64,000 nt of DNA from Acutalibacteraceae bacterium (GTDB lineage: Bacteria > Bacillota > Clostridia > Oscillospirales > Acutalibacteraceae), in NCBI GenBank assembly GCA_045628495.1, contig JAZQPL010000072.1:41118-105117 (forward strand). Direction: 5' to 3'. The position numbers and the translations under genes were made by a program. Shown one piece after another: positions 10,023 through 18,721 of the stretch. Position 1 is the first letter of the stretch; each line of letters begins with the position of its first letter. Under the pieces are notes generated by a model. That model had not been told where the DNA came from. It saw only the letters and a list, made by a program, of their open reading frames with translations, and did no database searches.

Positions 10023-10123
10023 TTTTTTCACCCTTCTGCGCAACATTTTACAGTCTAAAGTATATCATATGGATATAGCATAGTCAATACAAATCAATAG
10101 TAAATAATAATAAAAAGGAATAT

Positions 10124-11878
10124 TTATGAACCGGCAAACTGGCTTTGATATAATTCTTTATAAAATCCGTCAGTTTTTATAAGTGAATTATGAGTTCCCT
10201 GCTGAATTATTTTTCCGTTTTTCATAACAAGAATTATATCAGCTTCTTTAACGGTTGAAAGACGGTGAGCAACGATGAAGCTTGTTCTGCCTTTCATCAT
10301 TTGAGCAAAAGTTTTTTGTATTTGCAGTTCAGTTCTTGTATCTATTGAGGATGTTGCTTCGTCAAGAATAAGCATAGGGGGCAGTGCAAGCATCACTCTT
10401 GTAATGCAAAGAAGCTGTTTCTGACCTGCGGATAAATTCCCTGCTTCATCTCCGATAACTGTATCATATCCGTCGGGCAGTCTTTTTATAAAGCTATGAG
10501 CATGGGTAAGCTTTGCAGCGGCAATTATTTCTTCGTCAGTTGCTTCCGGTTTTGAAAAAGCGATATTTTCTCTGACAGTACCGTTTTTCAGCCATGTTTC
10601 CTGCAAAACCATTCCGTAGTTTTTCCTCAGTGAGTTTCTTGTGACGGCCTTTATATCTTCACCGCTGACTTTTATGCATCCGCTGTCTGTATCGTAAAAC
10701 CGCATAAGCAGATTGATTACAGTGCTTTTTCCGCACCCTGTCGGTCCTACTATTGCCACTCGCTGACCTGAACGGACACGAAGATTGAAATTTTTAATAA
10801 GCTCTGTTTTTTTATCATAAGAAAAATTAACATTGTCAACGCTGACATCACCTGTTACCGATAAAAGTTCTTTGCTGTTTTTATCGGAAGTCTGCTCGTC
10901 TTTGTCGATAATCTGAAAAATTCTTCCTGCGCAGGCAAGGGATTCCTGCAACTCGGCTACAACGCCTGAAATTTCATTAAAGGGCTTTGCGTATTGTGTT
11001 GCATAGCTTAAAAGACAAACAAGCTGGCCGACTGTTATACCCGCAGAACCCAAGCTGTTGATAACGGCAATTCCTCCGAAAATTACAACGCAGGCATAAA
11101 CAGTGTTGTTGACAAATCTGGTTGACGGGTTAACAAGTGAAGAAAAGAATGTGGCCTTCAGGCTGTATTTTGAAAGCCGTGAATTTATTTCTTTAAAGCG
11201 TGAAACAGAACAATTTTCATACCCGAATGCTTTTACTGTTTTTTGATTGCCGAGCATTTCGCTGGTTAAAGATGTAAGTTCGCCCTTGGTTTCTGATTGC
11301 TTTTTGAACATGCTGTAAGTTTTTCTTGCAATAAACGATGCAATAAAAAGGCTCAAAGGAGTAATGCATATTACTGCAAGAGCAACCTTAAAGTTTATTT
11401 TAAGCATGAAAACCAGAGTGCCGATAATAGTTAAAACACCGGTGAACAACTGAGTAAATCCCATTAAAAGCCCGTCAGCAAATCTGTCGGTGTCGTTAAC
11501 AAGTCTGCTGACAATATCTCCGTGAGGATGTGAATCCGCAAATGAAATATCAAAATTCTGTATTTTGCGAAAAGCAGAGGTTCTGATATCTTTTACAACT
11601 CTGTAAGTTACATAATTGTTGCAGCAATTCATAAGCCACTGCACCAGAGCGTAAGCGGCTGTAACGGAACCGAACATAATAAGAGTTCTTAAAAGTGCGT
11701 TAAAATCAACATTTCCTTTGCCGATAATCAGGTCAACAGCTTTTCCTGAAAGAATAGGAGCATATAACAGGCATACTACTCCCGCAAAGGCAAATATCAG
11801 TGAAAAAAGCATAGGAACCCTATACATTTTAATATATATAAATATACGCTTTAAAGTTGTTTTACTGTTCATCTGCAT
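10124..11878 (-). CDS. ABC exporter, fused permease/ATP-binding protein (heterodimer partner B)
   Basis: Six-helix TMD followed by an NBD (GPTGCGKST, LSAGQKQ, ILILDEATS). Candidate start ATGs at 11878 and 11872 overlap the stop of the upstream partner; AAGGAG lies upstream. Confidence 0.85.
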   Translation of the reverse strand: MQMNSKTTLKRIFIYIKMYRVPMLFSLIFAFAGVVCLLYAPILSGKAVDLIIGKGNVDFNALLRTLIMFGSVTAAYALVQWLMNCCNNYVTYRVVKDIRTSAFRKIQNFDISFADSHPHGDIVSRLVNDTDRFADGLLMGFTQLFTGVLTIIGTLVFMLKINFKVALAVICITPLSLFIASFIARKTYSMFKKQSETKGELTSLTSEMLGNQKTVKAFGYENCSVSRFKEINSRLSKYSLKATFFSSLVNPSTRFVNNTVYACVVIFGGIAVINSLGSAGITVGQLVCLLSYATQYAKPFNEISGVVAELQESLACAGRIFQIIDKDEQTSDKNSKELLSVTGDVSVDNVNFSYDKKTELIKNFNLRVRSGQRVAIVGPTGCGKSTVINLLMRFYDTDSGCIKVSGEDIKAVTRNSLRKNYGMVLQETWLKNGTVRENIAFSKPEATDEEIIAAAKLTHAHSFIKRLPDGYDTVIGDEAGNLSAGQKQLLCITRVMLALPPMLILDEATSSIDTRTELQIQKTFAQMMKGRTSFIVAHRLSTVKEADIILVMKNGKIIQQGTHNSLIKTDGFYKELYQSQFAGS

Positions 11879-13601
11879 AAAACTCCTTTTCGGAAAGCTG
11901 AGACAGGCAAATTTCTTTGTAAACATGACAGCTTTTAATCAATTCACTGTGCTTTCCCGAACCGCAGATTTTTCCGTCGTCAAGTACAATAATATTATCT
12001 GCCCCTTTAACAGTTGCAACTCTTTGAGAAACAATAAACACAGCTGCATCCTTGAAGTTTTCGGAAAGCGACTTGCGCAGTTTTGATTCTGTCACAAAAT
12101 CAAGTGCCGACATACTGTCGTCAAGAATGAGAACAGGTGATTTTTTGACAAAAGCTCTTGCGATTGTCAGCCTTTGTTTCTGACCGCCTGAAAGATTTTT
12201 TCCTTCCTGTTCAATAACATAATTGAGTCCTCCGGATTTTTCCGAAACAAAATCTTCCGCTTCCGCAAGCTTTAAGGCGTTTTTTACTTCACTGTCTGAT
12301 GCGTTATGCTTGCCGATTAAAATATTGTCTTTTACAGTTCCGTTAAATAAAACAGCTTTTTGAGGAACAACGGAAACAAGGCGGTTGATTTGCTCCTTTG
12401 TAAAGCTTTCAGTGTTTTGACCGAAAAGCTTTACTTCACCGCCGGTGCATCTGTAAAATCCGGGAATTAAATTTACAAGTGTTGATTTTCCCGAGCCTGT
12501 TGCGCCTATTATTCCGGTAACAGTTCCGGGGTATGCTTTAAAAGAAATATTTTCCAGGGCGGGAACCTTTGAACTGCCGTAGCTGAAATTGACATCGTTG
12601 AATTCAACAGCGGCAGATGATTTTATCAGCTCACATTCTTCGTCTGAAAATATTTTTTCGGGTTCTTTTTCAAACACAGCAGTTACTCTGGAAATGCAAG
12701 CAGCTGATTTATTTACAGTAACAATAAGATTTGACAGTTTAACAAGTTCAACAAGAATCTGTGACATATAGTTTATAAGAGCAACAACAGCACCCCTGGT
12801 TAAAGCCCCCGAATAAACTTTGTTTCCGCTGACCCAGAGAATCGCAATTACGGCTCCGTTAAGTATTATATAAGTCAACGGGTTAAGCAAAGCGGAAATT
12901 TTACCTGCGAAAAGTTGAAGATTTATCAGTATATCTGATTCTTTGTTGAAATCCTGAATTTCTTTATTCTGCCTGTTAAATGCTCTTATTACCCTTATAC
13001 CTGTAAGATTCTCTCTTGTGAGCATAGTGATTTTATCAAAAGAACCCTGTATTTTTTTGAAAACAGGAATGGTCAGGAACATTATTCCGAAAACAACTGC
13101 GAAAAGCAACGGTATTGCAACTGTAAAAATAACAGCAGATTTAATATCTATTGTAAATGCCATTATCATTGAACCGAAAACAATAAACGGCGAACGAAGA
13201 AATAATCGGAGCACCATATTTATTCCTGTCTGAATCTGATTTATATCGTTTGTAATGCGGGTAATCAGCGAGCTTGTGCCGGATGAGTCAATGTTGCCGA
13301 ATGAAAATTTATTTATATGAGCGAACAAGTCGTTGCGCATTTTTTCTGTGCTGCATATTGCCGCTTTTGCCGCAAAATACTGCGCAGTAACCGAGCTTGC
13401 AAATCCTGCTGCTCCCAGCGCTAAAAGAACAAGTCCCATTTTAACGATATAGTCTTTATCTGATTTGCCGATACCAAGGTCAATGATTTTTGTAACGATT
13501 AAGGGTACAATCAGTTCAAGACAGGCCTCCGTCATTTTGAAGACAGGTGCCAGTATACTTTCTTTTTTATAGTTTTTCAGATATTTGACAATAATTGACA
13601 T
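11862..13601 (-). CDS. ABC exporter, fused permease/ATP-binding protein (heterodimer partner A)
   Basis: TMD followed by an NBD (GATGSGKST, LSGGQKQR, VLILDDSMSALD). ATG at 13601 is preceded by AGGTGA; the track start at 13610 is a GTG. Confidence 0.85.
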   Translation of the reverse strand: MSIIVKYLKNYKKESILAPVFKMTEACLELIVPLIVTKIIDLGIGKSDKDYIVKMGLVLLALGAAGFASSVTAQYFAAKAAICSTEKMRNDLFAHINKFSFGNIDSSGTSSLITRITNDINQIQTGINMVLRLFLRSPFIVFGSMIMAFTIDIKSAVIFTVAIPLLFAVVFGIMFLTIPVFKKIQGSFDKITMLTRENLTGIRVIRAFNRQNKEIQDFNKESDILINLQLFAGKISALLNPLTYIILNGAVIAILWVSGNKVYSGALTRGAVVALINYMSQILVELVKLSNLIVTVNKSAACISRVTAVFEKEPEKIFSDEECELIKSSAAVEFNDVNFSYGSSKVPALENISFKAYPGTVTGIIGATGSGKSTLVNLIPGFYRCTGGEVKLFGQNTESFTKEQINRLVSVVPQKAVLFNGTVKDNILIGKHNASDSEVKNALKLAEAEDFVSEKSGGLNYVIEQEGKNLSGGQKQRLTIARAFVKKSPVLILDDSMSALDFVTESKLRKSLSENFKDAAVFIVSQRVATVKGADNIIVLDDGKICGSGKHSELIKSCHVYKEICLSQLSEKEFYADEQ

Positions 13602-13852
13602 TTTTCTCACCTGTTACATTATAATTGCTTTTGTAGGCTCAGTCAACTTAAAGAATATGCCGAAAAATAATAAAAATTTTTTTCACAGCTATTGACTTTA
13701 CTGCTTGATTTATGTTAGGATAAGGTACAAGTCTAATAATGTCAATGTGTATAGGTGCGCCCTTTTTTAGTTTTACTGTTTTTTACACAGTAAATTGCGT
13801 ACTGCACAAAATATACAATTAAACTTAGTCCACATAACAGAGAGGGTTGCTT

Positions 13853-14596
13853 ATGGAACAGAAAAAGAAAACCGGAACAGGCGGAAAGCTCAGAGCAATA
13901 GAGCTTGAATACCAGCCGGTGTTTGATATCCATCTCAATATGGCAATTGATTATGAAATATCTATGAGAATAAACGACAGGGTTATGGGTGTTATGCTTC
14001 AGGATTTGTTTATTCCCATTGCAGAAAAATCAAATCAGATTTGCCAGCTGGGTCTTTGGGCAATCGAAGAGTGCTGTGAAGCTATTAAGCGCTGCGAAGC
14101 AAGAGAGGCAGACATAAATTCCTGCATAGTATGGATTTCTATTAAACATATCGCAAAGAAGAACTTTGTTCCGTCTGTTATGAAAATCCTTAATAAATAT
14201 GATGTTAAGCCTGAAAGATTTTGCTTCAACATAAATGAAAGCATTCTTGAAGCTGTGAAAGATCAGGTTTTTGATAATTTCACTCAGCTGAGAGAGCTCG
14301 GGTTTAAGATATCTATTGACGATTTAGGACTTGAATATACATCACTGAGCAATCTCAGCCATTATGATGTGGATTATTTCGGTATTCATTCATCCCTTAT
14401 TGAGGACATTATGGAAAGCGAAAAAACCCAGAATATGATTCAGGGACTTATTGATTTCTGCAAGAAGATTGAAGTCGAAACAAGAGTTGGCGGAGTTGAT
14501 ACTCAGGAAAAGGCGGATCTTCTTAAGAAAATGGGTGTTGACCAGCTTAAAGGTCCGTTTTACGGAAAACCGATTTCAGAAAAATCAATAGTATAA
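13853..14596 (+). CDS. stand-alone EAL-domain protein, apparently degenerate
   Basis: EAL-fold landmarks are present (LEYQPVF, FIPIAE, NINES, SIDDLGLEYTSL, KGPFYGKP). Several catalytic positions look substituted in my by-eye alignment (see findings). AGAGGG lies 6 nt before ATG 13853. The stop is 18 nt before the next gene. Confidence 0.65.
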   Translation: MEQKKKTGTGGKLRAIELEYQPVFDIHLNMAIDYEISMRINDRVMGVMLQDLFIPIAEKSNQICQLGLWAIEECCEAIKRCEAREADINSCIVWISIKHIAKKNFVPSVMKILNKYDVKPERFCFNINESILEAVKDQVFDNFTQLRELGFKISIDDLGLEYTSLSNLSHYDVDYFGIHSSLIEDIMESEKTQNMIQGLIDFCKKIEVETRVGGVDTQEKADLLKKMGVDQLKGPFYGKPISEKSIV

Positions 14597-14614
14597 CGAA
14601 GGGAGCGAGTTGCG

Positions 14615-15388
14615 TTGGCTAAAAAAAATAAAGCTGCTGTCGGCGGTCAGCCGTCAAATCCCGAAATGAGCAACAGCGACCAGATGGGCAGGTATTCTGT
14701 TAAGACAAACTCAAAAAAAGTTAATAAGCGTGAAGCTTTAATCAGAGTGCTTACCATTATTCTTATAATTTTATTGCTTTTCCTTTTTGGCTTATTTGCC
14801 TGCACTTCATATATCAAAGGCGGTAATTTTACAGTTACAACAAGTAATGAAGCTTTTAATGCAGGTATCGCTTTGAGCGAAACAAAAGATTTCAATTCTC
14901 CCCAGAGAATACTTGAAGGAAGTAAATTTGAGGAGATGAGAGAAGGTACATATCCGCTTATTCCGCAGGATATCGATAAATACGACGGTTCCAAGAATTT
15001 CAAAGAAAACGGAATGTACTATTTCACATATTCATTTTATGTTAAAAACACCGGAGAAGATGACGCAGGCTATTCGGCAAAAATCAACATAGACAGCGTT
15101 ACCGAAGGTGCTGACGAAGCTCTTCGAGTTATGGTAATCAGAGACGGCGAAAGAACAACTTTTGCAAAGCCGAAAATGGGTACCAACAATGTTCTTGAAG
15201 AATTCGCTGATAAAAATTTCAAGAGTAACCGTCTTGTTTCAACGGTTACAAATGAAAAATTCAAAGCAGGCGACATAGAAAAACTTACAGTTGTTGTCTG
15301 GTTTGAAGGAGAAGATCCCGAGTGTGTTAATGATATTCTTGAAGGAGAGGTCAAGCTTTCAATGGATTTCAACATCTATGAACCTTGA
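14615..15388 (+). CDS. type-II membrane-anchored member of the locus' fibre-subunit family (basic N-tail, one TM, TasA-like ectodomain)
   Basis: TTG start preceded by AAGGGAG. TM helix is LIRVLTIILIILLLFLFGLFA. The C-terminal strand LTVVVWFEGEDPECVND matches VRVYIWVEGNDIDCQN and VRVYIWAEGNDVDCRD of the next two genes. It has no AWF cleavage-type motif. Confidence 0.5.
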   Translation: MAKKNKAAVGGQPSNPEMSNSDQMGRYSVKTNSKKVNKREALIRVLTIILIILLLFLFGLFACTSYIKGGNFTVTTSNEAFNAGIALSETKDFNSPQRILEGSKFEEMREGTYPLIPQDIDKYDGSKNFKENGMYYFTYSFYVKNTGEDDAGYSAKINIDSVTEGADEALRVMVIRDGERTTFAKPKMGTNNVLEEFADKNFKSNRLVSTVTNEKFKAGDIEKLTVVVWFEGEDPECVNDILEGEVKLSMDFNIYEP

Positions 15389-15504
15389 TGATAAGTGACG
15401 AGGGTATCGGCGTTAAATAAATGGAGCAGCCTTTATTTGACTTATGATATGAGTACTTTTCTTTAGGTCCGATCTTTAACACGCAGGATATATATTAAAT
15501 GCGT

Positions 15505-15529
15505 TTGGTGACGCGTTAACGGTCACCAA
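15505..15529 (+). promoter_or_regulatory. 5'-leader hairpin/palindrome upstream of the first putative major subunit gene
   Basis: TTGGTGAC-gcgttaacg-GTCACCAA has perfect 8-bp arms, and the loop contains the palindrome CGTTAACG. It ends 27 nt before ATG 15556. Confidence 0.35.
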
Positions 15530-15555
15530 GGCATAATCTTTATGGAGGTAAAGAC

Positions 15556-16509
15556 ATGAAAAAGACAATCAAAAAACGCGCTTTTGTATCTGCGATTGCT
15601 ATGCTTATTGTTTCAGCTATCGTTCTTACATCATCGACATTTGCATGGTTTTCAATGAGTAAAGTTGCAACTGTTGATAGCATGGAACTTAATGTTTCAT
15701 CACCTGAAGGCGTTCAGATTTCAGCAAACGCAAATGCATGGACAGCAAATCTTACTTCTGATGATTTGTTCAATGCAAAATCAACAAGTCGTTATAAGGC
15801 TTATGAGAACAATATCAACCTTTTAGCGTCAACACTTGTTCCTGTTTCATCTTGCTTTAACTATTTCACAAACGGTTTCCCGAATTTCTTTAAAGCAACT
15901 CTTGATGATAAAAAATATGCAACAGTAACAGCAGTTAATCAGGTTGCCGGAGCAGCTGACAGTGCAGGCCTTGTTGCATTTGACCTTTTCTTTAAGGTAG
16001 CACAGGAAACAAGAGTATATTTCTATGACAAGAACAACAAAGCTCAGGGTTCAACATTTACAGATACTTCAACATCCGGAATTCTTACAGCTCTCAGATG
16101 TGCATTCGTTCCTATGGGTACCACTCAGAGCTCAGTTGCAGCAGATGCTATTGCTCTTAAGAATTCAGATCGTAGTACTTGTATCCTCTTTGAACCTGAC
16201 GGAACAAACCGTTGCACCGAGTTAAAAGAAAAAGGTGCAGGTTCAGGATATGTTGCTACAAACGGTATTGCAAGTACGGGCGCAGCAGGTACAGTAAATG
16301 ATAGTTTTGTTCTTAACAACGGTGCTACCGAAGCACCCAGAGGTATTAAGGTTAACGAGACATCTTCAAGAACAGAAACATCTTTTGTACTTCCCGGCGG
16401 CGTTTCAAAGGTTAGAGTTTATATCTGGGTAGAAGGCAACGATATCGACTGCCAGAACTCAGTTGCAGGCTCAGTTCTTCAGGTAGCTCTTAAATTCACA
16501 ATTGATTAA
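15556..16509 (+). CDS. secreted protein with SipW-type signal peptide; putative TasA-superfamily major fibre subunit 1
   Basis: Strong RBS (GGAGGT). N-terminus is MKKTIKKRAFVSAIAMLIVSAIVLTSSTFAWFSMSK, comparable with TasA ..GGGTWAAFND and CalY ..GGGTFAYFSD. It aligns over its full length with the next gene and is followed by a GC-rich hairpin. Confidence 0.6.
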   Translation: MKKTIKKRAFVSAIAMLIVSAIVLTSSTFAWFSMSKVATVDSMELNVSSPEGVQISANANAWTANLTSDDLFNAKSTSRYKAYENNINLLASTLVPVSSCFNYFTNGFPNFFKATLDDKKYATVTAVNQVAGAADSAGLVAFDLFFKVAQETRVYFYDKNNKAQGSTFTDTSTSGILTALRCAFVPMGTTQSSVAADAIALKNSDRSTCILFEPDGTNRCTELKEKGAGSGYVATNGIASTGAAGTVNDSFVLNNGATEAPRGIKVNETSSRTETSFVLPGGVSKVRVYIWVEGNDIDCQNSVAGSVLQVALKFTID

Positions 16510-16609
16510 TTTAAGAACATATTAATAACTTAATAACGCATTTAATCTTTAATCATACTTAATTTCAATTCGGTAGTTGCTCTGCCGTATTGAGAACCTC
16601 GTCGCTTAT

Positions 16610-16638
16610 GAGGGCGGCGTAATCGGAACACCGCCCTC
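16610..16638 (+). terminator. GC-rich hairpin (attenuator/terminator or mRNA stabiliser) after subunit gene 1
   Basis: GAGGGCGG-13 nt-CCGCCCTC is a perfect 8-bp stem. There is only a weak T tract afterwards (TGCATTTCC), so termination is probably partial. Confidence 0.4.
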
Positions 16639-16664
16639 TGCATTTCCTCTCTCAGCTGTAAGGG

Positions 16665-16700
16665 TGATTTAAGAGTATATGCGATATACTTTTAATTGAC
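16665..16700 (+). promoter_or_regulatory. conserved AT-rich palindromic element, copy 1
   Basis: TGATTTAAGAGTATAT-gcga-TATACTTTTAATTGAC. It shares 16 + 11 + 4 identical positions with copy 2 at 17846-17882, and only the centre differs. Confidence 0.45.
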
Positions 16701-16832
16701 CTTTACAGTGAAAAAATAAGGTCAACCCAAAAAGAGAGCAGGTATTTTACAAAAGATACTTATTCCGGGTTACCGGCTAAGTATAAAGCGTTTTACGCAA
16801 ATCCGGCAAATTTTAGTAATGGAGATGAAGTC

Positions 16833-17774
16833 ATGAGAAGAAAAAGCAAAAAGCGTGCCTTTATAACCTCTATGGTTATGCTCCTCGTTTCTGCAATCGT
16901 TCTTACAAGTTCAACTTTTGCATGGTTCGTTATGGGCGATAAAGGCGTAATCGAAGAAATGGATGTTAAACTCTATGCTTCAGAAGGCTTCCAGATTTCT
17001 GCCAACGCTACTGACCCGAGCTGGAGACAGAACCTTACATTGGATAATCTTTTCAACACTGATGCTTCAACATCAGATGCTACTTATGATGCGTATGCAG
17101 GAAACAGAAATATGCTTCCCGAATATCTTATTCCCGCATCAAGCAGCTTTAATAACTTTGGTGATTACGGTTATCCTAATTTCTACTGTCTTAAAGTTGA
17201 TGCTGAAGGTGCAGTTGACGCAAGCAAAATCATAGAAGCATCAGGTAGTGCAGATGAAGCAGGAATCGTAGCATTCGATGTATTCTTCAAGTCCGGTGCG
17301 GCTCAGAAAATTGATTTCAGCAGCACAGAAGTTAAAGAAATCGGCGAAGAATCACAGAATGTACTTTCATGTATCAGATATGCATTTGTTCCTATGGGAA
17401 CAGTTGAAGAAGGTACAGAAGCAGCTACAATCCAGCAGCTCAGCAATGCAAGCGCTGCAAAGGTTGTAATTACAGAAGCTGATTCCAAGGGCCATTCTGT
17501 AGAAGGCGCAAAGAATCCTTCACAGGCTACAGTACCTGTTAACAGCACAGAAGTAGGCACTGCAGATACAGATATGTACATAGTTAAGAGCGGTACAGCA
17601 CTTCCCACCGGTACTGTTTACACAAGTGATGCAGCTAACAAGACATTTGAGCTTGGCGCAGGCATTACAAAGGTAAGAGTATATATTTGGGCAGAAGGTA
17701 ACGATGTTGACTGCCGTGACAGTATTTCAAGCTCTGAACTTTCAGTTGCTTTCAAATTCACAGTAGCTGACTAA
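16833..17774 (+). CDS. secreted protein with SipW-type signal peptide; putative TasA-superfamily major fibre subunit 2 (paralog of 15556-16509)
   Basis: N-terminus MRRKSKKRAFITSMVMLLVSAIVLTSSTFAWFVMGDK. Blocks shared with the paralog include GFQISANA, IVAFDVFFK, YAFVPMGT and KVRVYIWAEGNDVDC. Confidence 0.6.
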   Translation: MRRKSKKRAFITSMVMLLVSAIVLTSSTFAWFVMGDKGVIEEMDVKLYASEGFQISANATDPSWRQNLTLDNLFNTDASTSDATYDAYAGNRNMLPEYLIPASSSFNNFGDYGYPNFYCLKVDAEGAVDASKIIEASGSADEAGIVAFDVFFKSGAAQKIDFSSTEVKEIGEESQNVLSCIRYAFVPMGTVEEGTEAATIQQLSNASAAKVVITEADSKGHSVEGAKNPSQATVPVNSTEVGTADTDMYIVKSGTALPTGTVYTSDAANKTFELGAGITKVRVYIWAEGNDVDCRDSISSSELSVAFKFTVAD

Positions 17775-17790
17775 TTAAAAGCTTATTTTT

Positions 17791-17822
17791 TCCGGCGGAG
17801 CGGTTTGCTCCGCTCTGCCGGA
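17791..17822 (+). terminator. GC-rich hairpin after subunit gene 2
   Basis: TCCGGCGGAGC-ggttt-GCTCCGC-tctgc-CGGA has a 7-bp core stem plus a 4-bp outer stem. No clear T-run follows. Confidence 0.35.
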
Positions 17823-17845
17823 CGAACTTGTTCAAAATCGAAGAA

Positions 17846-17882
17846 TGATTTAAGAGTATATTTATGTATACTTTTAAGTGAC
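17846..17882 (+). promoter_or_regulatory. conserved AT-rich palindromic element, copy 2
   Basis: TGATTTAAGAGTATAT-ttatg-TATACTTTTAAGTGAC. It ends 42 nt upstream of the sipW-like ATG at 17924. Confidence 0.45.
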
Positions 17883-17923
17883 TTTTCGGTCAAAAGTTTT
17901 ACAAAATAAAGGTGGATACTATT

Positions 17924-18676
17924 ATGGAGAAAAAAGGCAAAAGCATACTCGGAGTTGTTTCGGATATTTTACTGATTATCATTTTAATTATTGCAATTAT
18001 GATAACGGTAATGACATTTACATCAAAAAACTCCGATACAGGATTGGGTAATTTGTTCGGATACATTCCGTTTTCTGTTCAGACTGATTCAATGAACCCC
18101 ACAATCAGAGAAGGCGATTTGATTATTTCAAAAGCTATAACCGTTGACGAAGCCCGTAACGGCGAAGTTCTCAAAGTCGGTGATGTAATTACTTATTCTG
18201 CAATTATTTCAAACGAAGACGGTACTGCACAGAGAGATTATAATACACATAGAATTGTAGATATCAAGCGTGGAAAAGACGGTAAGGTTGAATACTACTA
18301 CACAAAGGGTGACGGTGTAAGCACAGAAGATAGTTTCCCTATTGTACCTGACGAAGTTATTGCAAAGCAGGTTGGTGCTTCAGCCGATATAGGACCTGAT
18401 AAGAGTGCCGAAAACATTAAAAAAGGTTTCGGTATCAGCGGATTAGGTAAAGCTCTCGGTTTCCTTCAGACTCAGCTGGGATTTATGGTTTGCATAATTA
18501 TTCCTTTGGCCCTGTTCTTTATCTGGCAGGTATATAAACTTATTTCTATGTTTATGTCTGCTAAATCAGAGGATTCAACTGACGATATTAAGCGTAAGGC
18601 TATTGAAGAATATCTTGCTCAGCAGGAAGCAGAAAAGAAAAAAGCGGAAAATGATTCAAATTCCGATAAATCATAA
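17924..18676 (+). CDS. signal peptidase I, ER/archaeal (SipW) type, paralog 1, with C-terminal TM and charged tail
   Basis: N-terminal TM, then VQTDSMNPTIREGDLII (catalytic Ser), YNTHRIVDI (catalytic His of the Ser-His dyad) and TKGDG. AAAGGTGG lies 8 nt before ATG 17924. Confidence 0.75.
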   Translation: MEKKGKSILGVVSDILLIIILIIAIMITVMTFTSKNSDTGLGNLFGYIPFSVQTDSMNPTIREGDLIISKAITVDEARNGEVLKVGDVITYSAIISNEDGTAQRDYNTHRIVDIKRGKDGKVEYYYTKGDGVSTEDSFPIVPDEVIAKQVGASADIGPDKSAENIKKGFGISGLGKALGFLQTQLGFMVCIIIPLALFFIWQVYKLISMFMSAKSEDSTDDIKRKAIEEYLAQQEAEKKKAENDSNSDKS

Positions 18677-18721
18677 AAATATCCACTATACTATATAAAA
18701 TTTTCAAGAGGGTGACCAAAA

